From Octopus bimaculoides (Eukaryota): a DNA stretch of 51,896 nt. Location: assembly GCF_001194135.2 (NCBI RefSeq), contig NC_068981.1, positions 196,662,566 to 196,714,461 on the forward strand, read 5' to 3'. Position numbers and translations under genes: made by a program. The notes beneath the pieces were generated by a model. The model searched no databases. It saw only the letters and a list, made by a program, of their open reading frames with translations, and was not told the DNA's origin. The first letter of the stretch is position 1. Each line of letters opens with the position of its first letter. Positions 36,911 through 49,410 of this stretch are shown here, one piece after another.

Positions 36911-37329
36911 GGGAGTAAAACTCCCATAACAATCAGCCGTTTTCAGCAAGTCAGAAAAAGCCCTAACATATATGCACAGAACCTCCACAGATCTGGCAAT
37001 TCTATCAAATATTATTGGAGAATTCTCTCAATTAAACATGGTATTAATGATTTGCGGATAGGAAGAATGGAATGTAACCTCATTCCTCCAATTAGAGAGA
37101 GAGAAAGCACCAGCATTGTTCACCCACGCGACGAGGTATCCTGTTCATTCTGTCACGTCTTGACATGGGACGACATTTGTTTCATTTAATTAATAAACCA
37201 ATCAAATGCTAGATGATTAAGGAATTAATAGAATGTGGAGATAGCAAAAGATCTCGTGAGTTTTGGTCAGAAATTGGGTTAAAGAGATTTGAGCCTTGTC
37301 TGTGACTTTGTCTTGTTCTGGGTTATCGG

Positions 37330-37760
37330 ATCAAACAAGGTTTTGATTCGTCTTCCAATCAAGTATTTTACTTTCAACAACGTTGACCTTCTTTAGGGCA
37401 TGTGTAGAATGCATTCTTCTTAATGGAACCGGAACGTGGACTATAAAACGGGTTCTTTGAGATCGCCTTGATGCTACGTACATCATGAGGGCTCCAACCA
37501 TCCGGTATTGTGAGAATAAGACCAAACAATAGATACATTCTCCTTATCTTTACTATTACTGATCGAAGCAATAATAGCTGGTCACTGCCATCGTACTGAA
37601 CAACTGACCATACCAGATGATGACTGGTCTGTGACATTGCTGCAGAGACACACAACAGGAAATTCAAGGCCCATCGAAAATGATGGAGGACAGAGATTGC
37701 TGGAATGACGCATCTCGTTCGTGGCCATTTGAACAAGAAGAATGTTGTTAGATAGACAAG
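37330..37760 (+). mobile_element. Decayed RTE-like RT C-terminal fragment
   Basis: FFRACVECILLNGTGTWTIKRVL*DRLDATY...AGHCHR matches FF.A.VESILLYG.ETWTL...RLDG.Y...FAGHC.R. Confidence 0.75.
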
Positions 37761-38072
37761 GCCACATTCTATCTCTCATCTCTCATTATGGTTTTGTCAG
37801 ATGTAAAAAAAAAAACAAAGGTCTCCTTCTCTTATTCTTTATTACAGTTAGATAAAGGATCAAAGAAGTTCTCGAGTCTCCCACATTGATTTATGATGTC
37901 CTTTCAAACATAGTTACAATTCCCCGCCTCATGGTTTCGTACTATATAAAGTCAATGTCAAATGATAGTTTGACCCCCACCCCGGTCCCATGGGCAGAGT
38001 TTTGATTCTTGGGCCGCTAGACCTGACATGTATCTCACACCACTACCTAGTCCACAGGGGACCGTTGGGATG

Positions 38073-38403
38073 TCTGGTCTGGCTCTCCGTCGATTGCGAC
38101 GACGAGTGTTCCAGTTGACACGATCAACGGAACGGCTTGCTAGTGAAACTAATGTGCAAGTAGTTGAGCACTCCACAGACACGCGTTCCTTTAACATAGT
38201 TCTCATGGAGATTCAGCATGACACAGAGAGTTACAAGGCTGGCCATTTGAAACACAGGTTCTGTTCACTTCTGCCAGCAGATTGGACTGGAGCCACGTGA
38301 AATAAAGTGTCTTGCTCAAGGACACAAAGCGCCGCCAGGTATCGAACTCACGACCTTGCGATTGTGAGCCAAACACTCTAACCATTAAGCCACGCGCCTT
38401 CAC
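38073..38403 (-). mobile_element. SINE group C with CORE-like block and a long degenerate TSD
   Basis: Minus-strand head gaaggcgcgtggcttaatgg...gagttcgatacc and CORE-like gtgtccttgagcaagacac. 38041-38072 resembles 38401-38432, with the last 12 nt identical. Confidence 0.9.
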
Positions 38404-39112
38404 CACCTGGTTCACAAAGAACCGTTGGGATGCCTAATCAGTTGGACACATACAAACCAGGTCTACGGTTGAGGATGCTCTTGTACATGGTCCACCAAGC
38501 CATAAATAGATACCACAGAATAGTATCTGCTTTATCTAGAACATAGATAAATAATAGAAAATGAACTGAACGAAATTATTTAAAATTACTACAATCGTTT
38601 CGACATATTTTTACACTCGTAGCACATCGGTTAGATGATGTAATTACCATGTGTAATCAAAGGTATAAGATGCACTTTTTCAGGTGATTGTTTTAAATAA
38701 GTCCTTCGTTAGATCATACTGTCATTTCACTCAATGTGAGAATGAATACCATCAAGTTTTATGTAGAGAGCTGATTGTGGTATATAGAGGACCTGCCTAT
38801 CACTGCAACCGCCCTCACCACTACTAGCATTGCCAGCACAGCTACTAGCGTAGCCATCATTACAAGCACCACAACACTGACCAACACCACTAGTACATCT
38901 ACCGCAACTACTTTCACCACCACCGTCACCACAACCGCCACCTAACGCCAAAACCACTATGAGAATACACTGCCACCACAAACTATCACTACTACAACCA
39001 TTACCACCACAATCATCACAACCAGCACCACACACCACTGCCACCTTCACAACAACAGCAACAAACCACTACCACCACCACCACCACCACCACTACCACC
39101 ACCACCACTACC

Positions 39113-39144
<32 letters not shown>

Positions 39145-39277
39145 CAACATGACAACCACCTCCATTATAATCCAGATAATCCACTACTCCGGACCCAGCT
39201 TCAGTCCAGTCGCGATAAATCTCTGTCTGTCCCTCTCTCTCTCTCTCATTCTTTCTTTCTTTCTCTCTCTTTCTCTT

Positions 39278-39309
<32 letters not shown>

Positions 39310-39468
39310 TCTTTCTCTCCCTCTCTTCCAAATGAATATTCGCAATCTTTGGAGATCTGAAAGTGTTATTAAGATTGTCGAACACATCTCCACTCCCTCC
39401 TACTCCTTCTCCTACCACCACATTGTAACTAACTGGCTAATAATGGGTGGTTGGAGACTGGGTAGGAT

Positions 39469-39507
<39 letters not shown>

Positions 39508-39590
39508 GGCAGACAAGCAGACAGACAGACAAGCAGACAGACAGAGAGACGACAGATAGGCGGACGGTCGAACGGACGGAGGGCAGTCTA

Positions 39591-39675
<85 letters not shown>

Positions 39676-39802
39676 AAGACAGACAGACAGACAGACAGAT
39701 AGATAGATAGACAGACAGACAGACAGGCAGACATACAGATAGACAGACAGACAGACAGATAGATAGACAGACGGATAATAGATAGACAGACAGACAAACA
39801 GT

Positions 39803-39844
<42 letters not shown>

Positions 39845-39989
39845 CATACATACATACATACATACATACATACGTACATACGTACATACATACATACATA
39901 CATACATACATACATACATACATACATACATGCATACATACATACATACGGGAACAACTTCCATTCCCATTGCTGTACATTAATTTCAT

Positions 39990-42150
39990 CAACAGGATGT
40001 ATTACCGAATGAATTAGTTTTTTTCCCTAAAATCAACTGGGGTTATCTACAATAAATTTTCTCTCTATGCATTATGGTATTTCGTAAGAAAATTAGTCAA
40101 ACCAATATTTTATAACTTTAAGGCGGTGAGCTGACAGAAACGTTTGCACGCGGGGCGAAATGCTTAGCGGTATTTCGTCTGTCTTTACGTTCTGAGTTCA
40201 AATTCCGCCGAGGTCGACTTTGCCTTTCATCCTTTCGGTCTCGATTAAATAAGTTCCAGTTACGCATTGGGGTCGATGTAATCGACTTAATCCCTTTGTG
40301 TATCCTTGTTTGTCCCCTCTATGTTTAGCTCCCTGTGGGCAATAAAGAAATAAATATTCTATAACTTTAATTCCATAATTATGAAGAATGTTGCTAACAG
40401 GTTCTCAACACCAAATGTGGCGATATCGATGTTTTTCGGTTATAGTGTTAGGCAGAAGATTGAGTATATCGAAATTATCTCGTATAAAGCTCTTTACGTG
40501 CTTGGGGAGGGCGTTTTAGTAGAGTGTCTAGGAAATTACTCAAACGATGTGTTTTGCACGACGGGCCTGCTACAATGGGTCTCAGGTTCAAATCCAATGA
40601 TGGGTAGATATTCTCGCAATTAGTTTTGACTTCTTCAAATGTTTCATTGGTTTATGTATTTCAGATGTCCATAGAAGCTGCTTGTTCTATATTTGAAGTC
40701 TGTAAGGTTCTTTATCGGTTAAAGAATTTTGTTATGGGTGTAGCAAGACTACGTTTTCTTTTATAATTTTCGCATGTTTGTCATTTTTGGTTTCTTCATT
40801 GTAAATATTATCGTGTACCATTTCCAATACTAAATTCTTGCAATAATTTGTCTCCCTAATAACAACCAACCCTCGTTTCTCAGATTCCTTAATAATTATC
40901 TTTATAATTCTTATATAACTTTAAAATTTATATATCTTTATAATCTTAATAGTTATATTTTTGTCAAATTTATTAAATAGCTTCATTGTTCTCTCTGTTT
41001 TGCTTCCTGTTTTTCCAGAAGGAAGTTTGAAATATCCTCACAGAATTCATTAAAAACTGTATTTCGTCCTCGTTTAAGGTAGAATTCGCTTTTGTTTTTA
41101 ATTATAGTTTCATCTTCATTATTTTCCTAAGAATCTGTTCTGGTAATCAAAGTTATTTTCATTTTTAATTTCAGACATGTTTGATTTTTGAGGCGTTGAT
41201 ATGAAATTTAATCTCCTGCTAAATACATTTATTTACAAAGGAGTTCATCTTTCTTAGGAGAGGTTCATCTCTAAAATTGATTCATGGGATAGGAATCACC
41301 TGTATCTGTCTGTTCTTGGTGTTTCTTAAATTGTTGCTTGTATAGTTTCTGCATATTTCGATTTTGTGCATTCTGTTGTCCTCTGAATTTATTCCTTATT
41401 ATGTGATGTCGGTTTCGTTTCCTTATATCTAATTGTAGGATTTATTGTCCCGGGGTTCTGTGTCCTCCCCATTTAAAAAAAAAACTTTATATATCAGTTC
41501 TTGCTTTTTTTTCTTTTTTTTTCCATATGACTTAGCATATGAATCAACAGTGTACCTTCGATTCCCGGTTCTGTTTTCCTCATTTCCTGGTCTATCCCTG
41601 TAGTTAGAGACTAGGAATCGTTGCAGGGAGCTTCTGATTATCCTGTTGTTTAAGGGCCGACCAATGTTCGGTTGATGTTTGAATATTCTATAAGCAATTG
41701 GGACTTTGGGGATGTATTGGTTGAATAAATTATTTAAAGCTGTTTATATTGTTATTTTTTATTTTCTTTAAAAATGGCTTTGTATTCGTTTTTGATCGGT
41801 GACTTTGAGGTTATCCAGCGTTTGTAAATTTCTACTTTGACATTGTTTTTCAACAGATTCAAGAACACGAATTTTCTCATATTAGAGTTTTTAGTCCAAA
41901 CATGGCCAATTCGGCTTTTTATAACAAAGCAGACTTGGGCATATTTTCGGATATTTTTGCATATGGTCGTATTTGAACGACTTTTTTTTTTTTTTCAATA
42001 TTTTTTAGGGTCATTGATCAAATAAGATTTTCTTAAATAATTATCTTCCTTTCTTCTATGCTTTGCAGTAAAATCCTGAAGCTCCCCACGAACAGTTTTT
42101 TGTGGAAACTGAGTTCTCGAGGAGGTCATTTCTGAGGATATCTAAAAAGA
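39990..42150 (-). mobile_element. Decayed Penelope-like element (N-terminal region and RT), interrupted by a SINE
   Basis: The minus strand reads IKESEKRGLVVI...LNLRPIVAGPSCKTHRLSNFLDTLLK/HVKSFIRDNFDILNLLP...NYGIKVIEY|WFD. This is the typical Penelope-like pattern K.ADKG/RPIV.G...LS.FLD.LL/VKS.I.D. Confidence 0.8.
40121..40352 (+). mobile_element. SINE B, tail 2, with a 17-bp TSD
   Basis: aatattttataacttta at 40104-40120 and aatattctataacttta at 40353-40369. Confidence 0.93.
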
Positions 42151-43227
42151 AACAATTTTAGCAAAACATATAAAGCAACACTAATAATAAATAATAAAAA
42201 ACATAAAAATAAAGAAGCTTTTGACGATTTTATAGATATTTCAAAATTNNNNNNNNNNNNNNNNNNNNNNNNNNNNNNNNNNNNNNNNNNNNNNNNNNNN
42301 NNNNNNNNNNNNNNNNNNNNNNNNNNNNNNNNNNNNNNNNNNNNNNNNNNNNNNNNNNNNNNNNNNNNNNNNNNNNNNNNNNNNNNNNNNNNNNNNNNNN
42401 NNNNNNNNNNNNNNNNNNNNNNNNNNNNNNNNNNNNNNNNNNNNNNNNNNNNNNNNNNNNNNNNNNNNNNNNNNNNNNNNNNNNNNNNNNNNNNNNNNNN
42501 NNNNNNNNNNNNNNNNNNNNNNNNNNNNNNNNNNNNNNNNNNNNNNNNNNNNNNNNNNNNNNNNNNNNNNNNNNNNNNNNNNNNNNNNNNNNNNNNNNNN
42601 NNNNNNNNNNNNNNNNNNNNNNNNNNNNNNNNNNNNNNNNNNNNNNNNNNNNNNNNNNNNNNNNNNNNNNNNNNNNNNNNNNNNNNNNNNNNNNNNNNNN
42701 NNNNNNNNNNNNNNNNNNNNNNNNNNNNNNNNNNNNNNNNNNNNNNNNNNNNNNNNNNNNNNNNNNNNNNNNNNNNNNNNNNNNNNNNNNNNNNNNNNNN
42801 NNNNNNNNNNNNNNNNNNNNNNNNNNNNNNNNNNNNNNNNNNNNNNNNNNNNNNNNNNNNNNNNNNNNNNNNNNNNNNNNNNNNNNNNNNNNNNNNNNNN
42901 NNNNNNNNNNNNNNNNNNNNNNNNNNNNNNNNNNNGGGGGAGAGGGGGAGGGGAGGGGGAGAGGGGCAGCTAAGAAGGTGTGAGACGAGAAGAGAGAAGG
43001 AAATAAAGAGAGAAATAAAGAGTGATGAAGAGAGACTCTAAAAGTGAGTGGGAGAGAGAGAGAGAATAGAAGAGAAAGAGAGTAGGAGGGAGAAAGAAAA
43101 TAGAAGAGAGAGAGAGAGAGAAAGAAAGTAGAAGACAGAGAGAGAGAGAAGAGAGAAGAGAGAGATGATGGAATCTGTCAAATATTGCGACTTGAAGAAT
43201 GATGACTGACTTTAAGCTTATCTTTGA

Positions 43228-43282
43228 AGGTCAACTGACCACAAGTGACCACGAATGACCTCTAGTGACCTCCAGATGACGA
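43228..43282. promoter_or_regulatory. Array of nuclear-receptor-type half-sites in DR4 phase
   Basis: AGGTCA 43228, TGACCA 43236 and 43246, TGACCT 43256 and 43266, TGACGA 43277. Confidence 0.4.
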
Positions 43283-43632
43283 GATTGTGTGAAGACTCTA
43301 TCGAAAATGCTGGGCGTCGTTATATTTGGAAGCGGAGGAGGTCAGCTTAGAAAAAGTTAGCAGAGGAATCGAACTTTGCTTTGGTGGATGTTTTTTATTT
43401 AGTTGTCCGAAGAATTAATCCGAGTTTCTCAACTCTCAATATCACATGTGAGACACAGACAACTGAACAGATTTCGAATATAACCTACTTTTGGTAAAAA
43501 CACCGTACCATTAGGAAACACACACTCCCTAACAAACTAAACATTGGATACATACACACATACTCTATCTGTTAGCACGCACCCTCTGCATGTGTGTGTG
43601 TATGTGTATATATATATACCTTACACCATTAC

Positions 43633-43682
43633 TCTTTTACTCGTTTCAGACATGCGGCCGTGGTCATGCTGGAGCACCACCA
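43633..43682 (-). mobile_element. SINE A 3' tip
   Basis: gtttcagacatgcggccgtggtcatgctggagcacc. Confidence 0.6.
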
Positions 43683-44049
43683 CGGTCTTTCTAACTTCCT
43701 CAGTCTGGCTGTGTCACATCACCACTCCTGTATATACCTTTGTCCCTGCTGTTGGTACATTTGATGTATAAGTGAGTTTGATTCCGCTGCCATCGTCTGT
43801 ACCACATGTCGGGCTGTTGGTTCATCCTTAGACACAAAAAGAAATGCTTCAACACACGAATTCACATAAAGAATCTTGCACACCAAATACAAAAACTATA
43901 TGTATATATATATATACAAATAAAAGGGTAAAGGATTATTAATTTATTAATAAATTAATAATTAATAATTTTTACCAAGCCCTTCGGTATGTAAACACCA
44001 TTATCGGTGAAGAACTTATTTAAAAGTTCTTATACATTTATAAACATAA

Positions 44050-44097
44050 TTAAGGGATCAGCAACAGTTGGTGAAGCAACTGTTGCTGATCCCTTAA
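44050..44097. repeat. Perfect 21-bp inverted repeat with a 6-nt spacer
   Basis: ttaagggatcagcaacagttg-gtgaag-caactgttgctgatcccttaa, directly before an N-gap. Confidence 0.95.
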
Positions 44098-44273
44098 NNN
44101 NNNNNNNNNNNNNNNNNNNNNNNNNNNNNNNNNNNNNNNNNNNNNNNNNNNNNNNNNNNNNNNNNNNNNNNNNNNNNNNNNNNNNNNNNNNNNNNNAGAG
44201 AGAGAGAGAGAGAATTACTAAATGTATATGATAAAAGAACAGAAGTTACGCAATCACTTTCGTTTGCTTACTG

Positions 44274-44329
44274 CTGTTTCTGCTATTAGATCCTGTGCAC
44301 CCTGTTTCTTCTATTAGATCCTGTGCACC
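44274..44329. repeat. 28-bp tandem duplication
   Basis: ctgtttct(g/t)ctattagatcctgtgcacc twice. Confidence 0.95.
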
Positions 44330-44547
44330 GATCATTGCTACTGCAACAGCTATGTGGAATCATAAAATATACACACCTGCATACATACACACTCATACAC
44401 TCTCTTTCTCTTTCCCCCTTTCTCTCTCTCTCTCTCACTCTCTCGCTATCTTTCACTTTTTCTCTCTCTATCACACAGCTATACACATAACAATCATGTA
44501 CATATGTATATATATATATATATATATATAAATATATATATATATAA

Positions 44548-44599
<52 letters not shown>

Positions 44600-44829
44600 A
44601 CACACACACATTCACGTGTATACACGTGTATGTACGTCGCGTCCTGCATGTGGCACACCTGTTTATTATGCTTTGGCTTACAGATTTGGCTGAACTCTAA
44701 ACAATGACACAATTCCCCCATCAAACAAAAGAAAATCTCCTCGCAATAATTTTCTCTCAAATACGCTACAAATACACACTTTCTTCTTAGTTTTGCTCTA
44801 TCCCCTTTCGACATATCTACCTCCTCGAC

Positions 44830-45250
44830 CGACATTTTGCTTAAGTATCATTTCACACAGATCCACACACACCCAAAGTACAACTTACCAAGGACTATAT
44901 GTAAAGCTAAATATTAGAGAATATTAGACGAAGTCGAGCAAGCCTAAACTGCGTAGTCACTGTCAGCCATTCTATTGTAAAAGATCAATAAATATATACT
45001 TGACTGAAAAGTACCGAGTAATCTTCCCGCTTAATGCCAACCTGCCATTCTTTAACTTGTTATGAAGATAAACATAACCCAATTCTTTGTCAAAGAGAAT
45101 TGTGTTAGAAAAAATGTCGTCTACAAATGCAGTTTCGAGACTCGTAACACACTCAACTCTTGTATCGGTTTCGCCACCAGTCTTATAAACAATAAGATTT
45201 CCGTGCGTTCTTCTTTCGTTTAACAAGAACAAACTCCGAACTTCGCTTCT
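44830..45250 (+). mobile_element. Decayed Penelope-like GIY-YIG endonuclease fragment
   Basis: CVRKNVVYKCSFETRNTLNSCIGFAT...SSF resembles C....VVY.......YIG.T...F..H..SF. Confidence 0.55.
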
Positions 45251-45263
45251 TTTAACTATATAT

Positions 45264-45619
45264 GGCGCAGAAAGGCTGTGTGGTAAGAATTTTGCTTCCC
45301 AAACACATGGTTCCGAGTTCAGACCAACTGCGTGGCACTTTGGACAAATGTCTTCTACTACAGCCCAGGATCGACCAAAGCCTTCTTATGAGTGAATATA
45401 ATTGACGGAAACTGAAAGAAGCCCGTTATGTGTGTGTGTGTGTGTGTGTGTTTGTGTGTGTGCGCGTGTGCAAAAAGTGACCGATAGAATAAGTACTAGG
45501 CTTAACAAAGAATAAGTCCTGGGGTCGATTTTGCTCGACTGAAGGTGGTGCTCCAGCATGGTCACAGTTAAATGACTGAAACAAGTAAAAGAATAAAAGA
45601 ATAAAGGAATAAAAGAATA
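45264..45619 (+). mobile_element. SINE A with an internal deletion after the microsatellite
   Basis: Head, CORE-like block, (TG)n and 3' end with an (aataaaag)n-like tail. Confidence 0.9.
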
Positions 45620-47485
45620 TGAACATACCCATACCCATACTCATGCACAGCGGCACATCTACCCGCTCGCAATATCACATACATACACACTGCAACACAC
45701 TGCAACACACACACACACACACACACACATACACATACTACAATACCTACACATACACGCATATATACACATATATCCACCACACACACACACACGCGCG
45801 CGCGCGCGCGCGAACAGGCAAACAAACACACACACATATGCGCGAACAGGCAAACAAACACATGCACGTACACTCATATAAGATTCCACACACACACACA
45901 CACACACACATTGGGGACCCAACACAAATCGAAACCAACGCGCGCGCGCACACACACACACATATGCGCATGCACACATACGTGGACACATCAGCTCACA
46001 CACACATACGCACTCTAAGACCTCCTCAGCGTACACAGCTACCTCTACATCTACACACACACACACACACCAAGACACTCACCCACCCCCATTCTACCCC
46101 CTTCCACCCGAGTCAGTTCAACTTTGAATCTAGTTTATGGCCGACATATTGCTGTGATAAGATCATTCAGTTGCTTTAAAGCTTTCTGCTAATTTATTCN
46201 NNNNNNNNNNNNNNNNNNNNNNNNNNNNNNNNNNNNNNNNNNNNNNNNNNNNNNNNNNNNNNNNNNNNNNNNNNNNNNNNNNNNNNNNNNNNNNNNNNNN
46301 NNNNNNNNNNNNNNNNNNNNNNNNNNNNNNNNNNNNNNNNNNNNNNNNNNNNNNNNNNNNNNNNNNNNNNNNNNNNNNNNNNNNNNNNNNNNNNNNNNNN
46401 NNNNNNNNNNNNNNNNNNNNNNNNNNNNNNNNNNNNNNNNNNNNNNNNNNNNNNNNNNNNNNNNNNNNNNNNNNNNNNNNNNNNNNNNNNNNNNNNNNNN
46501 NNNNNNNNNNNNNNNNNNNNNNNNNNNNNNNNNNNNNNNNNNNNNNNNNNNNNNNNNNNNNNNNNNNNNNNNNNNNNNNNNNNNNNNNNNNNNNNNNNNN
46601 NNNNNNNNNNNNNNNNNNNNNNNNNNNNNNNNNNNNNNNNNGGTGGTGGTGGTGGCGGCGGTGGTAGTGATGGTGGTGGTCGTGATAGCGGCGGCAGCGT
46701 TGGTGACGGTGGCGGTAATGCTGGTCGGGGGCGGTGGTTGTATTGGTGGCGGCAGTAGTGGTGGTAGTGATAGTGATAGTGGTGGTGGCGGTGGTGGTGT
46801 CAGTGTTTGTGTTGCTGTTCTTGGTGGTGGTGGAGAGAGTGGTGACAGTGGGGGTGACGGTATTTGTTAGGTAGTATAACACTAGTATCGCTAAAGTAAT
46901 GCCGGTAGTGCCATAGTGCCACGAGTGCAGTGTGCCTCCAGTGTTGTTGGGAGTTTAACACTGTGGTTGTAATGCTATCGACGTAAAGCGTAATCGAAGT
47001 TTCATGCAATCAGAGTATAGTGTAATGATATCAGGAATATAACATTGGCCGCACTGTATTACTGGTATTCAGATATTAGATCCACAAAGAAATGAAAATT
47101 ATTACAGCTCTATTCCAGATTTGAACCAAAGAACAAGACATGTAGAAGGGCAGCGTTTAATGCTTTTAGTTTGGTATTTTAGTATTTAGGGCTTTTATTT
47201 CGGATTCTGTTATTTAATGCTTATAACTTGGCATTGTAGCATATAAGATCTATTCTTTGAGATTCTAAAATTAAAGCCCCCGGTTTTGATATTCTGCCAT
47301 TTAAGACTTATGTGTTGACGTATTCTACCGTTTCTGCATGGTTCTGCTCTTTAGCCACAATGCGTCTACATTCAGCCAGACTTCATCTTAAATACGAGAG
47401 CGACATTTGATTTGGGGGTGAAAACCGAGCTCCAAATTTTCAACAAAGTCGATTTATTTCAATCTTAATTTCAAAACAAACACAG

Positions 47486-47567
<82 letters not shown>

Positions 47568-47576
47568 TATAATTAC

Positions 47577-47633
<57 letters not shown>

Positions 47634-47642
47634 AATAATAAT

Positions 47643-47721
47643 TGCCCGGATGCAGTACCAGGTAGTGGCTCTCATGGCTTCTGATCTTAATTGATTGGAA
47701 GTGTTATCATGTACATTGTTT
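47643..47721 (+). mobile_element. Repeat 'D', 5' end, running into a gap
   Basis: atgcagtaccaggtagtggctctcatggcttctgatcttaattgattggaagtg is near-identical to 15580-15650. Preceded by (AAT)/(GAT) arrays. Confidence 0.75.
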
Positions 47722-48369
47722 NNNNNNNNNNNNNNNNNNNNNNNNNNNNNNNNNNNNNNNNNNNNNNNNNNNNNNNNNNNNNNNNNNNNNNNNNNNNNNN
47801 NNNNNNNNNNNNNNNNNNNNNNNNNNNNNNNNNNNNNNNNNNNNNNNNNNNNNNNNNNNNNNNNNNNNNNNNNNNNNNNNNNNNNNNNNNNNNNNNNNNN
47901 NNNNNNNNNNNNNNNNNNNNNNNNNNNNNNNNNNNNNNNNNNNNNNNNNNNNNNNNNNNNNNNNNNNNNNNNNNNNNNNNNNNNNNNNNNNNNNNNNNNN
48001 NNNNNNNNNNNNNNNNNNNNNNNNNNNNNNNNNNNNNNNNNNNNNNNNNNNNNNNNNNNNNNNNNNNNNNNNNNNNNNNNNNNNNNNNNNNNNNNNNNNN
48101 NNNNNNNNNNNNNNNNNNNNNNNNNNNNNNNNNNNNNNNNNNNNNNNNNNNNNNNNNNNNNNNNNNNNNNNNNNNNNNNNNNNNNNNNNNNNNNNNNNNN
48201 NNNNNNNNNNNNNNNNNNNNNNNNNNNNNNNNNNNNNNNNNNNNNNNNNNNNNNNNNNNNNNNNNNNNNNNNNNNNNNNNNNNNNNNNNNNNNNNNNNNN
48301 NNNNNNNNNNNNNNNNNNNNNNNNNNNNNNNNNNNNNNNNNNNNNNNNNNNNNNNNNNNNNNNNNNNNN

Positions 48370-48448
48370 GAAGAAGAAGAAGAAGAAGAAGAAGAAGAAG
48401 AAGAAGAAGAAGAAGAAGAAGAAGAAGAAGAAGAAGAAGAAGAAGAAG

Positions 48449-48515
<67 letters not shown>
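48370..48515. repeat. (AAG)n then (AAC)n microsatellite
   Basis: Direct reading. Confidence 0.97.
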
Positions 48516-48516
<1 letters not shown>

Positions 48517-48690
48517 ATGGTGGCAGAGGACTAATTAGTATAGACCATTGTATAAGGAGTGAAAGGAGAACGCTTGCCGAGTATTTGATAAATAATGATG
48601 AAGACCTGCTGCAATATGCGGCGAAAGACATGGGTGTAAATGCAGATGGGATGGGCAAGGAAGAGTTTAACCAAAGAGCTTAAGAGAATG
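48517..48690 (+). mobile_element. Internal post-RT fragment of an R4/Dong-like element
   Basis: GGRGLISIDHCIRSERRTLAEYL...EDLLQYAA matches the GGRGL..IE.....E...L..Y motif downstream of the RT in RLE elements. Confidence 0.75.
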
Positions 48691-49005
48691 ATAATAATAA
48701 TAATAATAATAATAATAATAGTCAGAAGAACTGAAGTGATAGTTCTCTAGTTTATTTATAGACAAGTACAGAAAGTCTTCAAATTCTTTTGCACAGAAAT
48801 GAAATAAATGAAATAAAATAAAGGAGAATATCTCACCCAACCAACCAAAAAACCACAAGTCTTTTTTAACCCTTCACACTCAGAACTTACACCCCGACGA
48901 CGCTGCGTCCTTTTACTGATATTTATCCTCATCAATTCTCAAATAAACAAACCCAATTACAACTGTACCTAACCAAATCCAGCCATTCCAATAATCTGAA
49001 CAGAA

Positions 49006-49410
49006 ATCCCATTAAATTCACCAGCATTACAAATAATCTCATCATTAATCCCATGAAGCTGATCACTAATGCCATTAATTTTACAAGAACTCCTATTAAA
49101 CTTACCACCAATGCTATCAATTTCATCAGTAATGCCATTAAAATTAACAACGCTTTTAATATTAACAACGGTACCATTAATTTCATAAGCAATATCGTTA
49201 TTTTCACCAATAATTCCATTAAACTTAACAACAATGCCCTTAATCACATAACCAATGTCATGAAACTTAATAGGAGAGTCCCTTAAAATACAAAGACGAT
49301 ATCATTTATCACACGCGCATTCCTATTAATTTTACCAACAATGCCATTAAATCCCTTCATTAATGCCATTAAAGTGACCATTAAAGTCATTAACGTCCTT
49401 ATCAGTATCA
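49006..49410. repeat. Degenerate 21-bp tandem repeat with open reading frames
   Basis: At least 13 units like ccattaaacttaccaccaatg. ORFs at 48969-49247(-), 48932-49234(-) and 49053-49286(+). Confidence 0.8.

Noticed and set aside
42937-42966. G-quadruplex-forming G-runs (also at about 33786-33820)
   Set aside because: Part of low-complexity purine tracts, the first at a gap edge; no independent sign of function.
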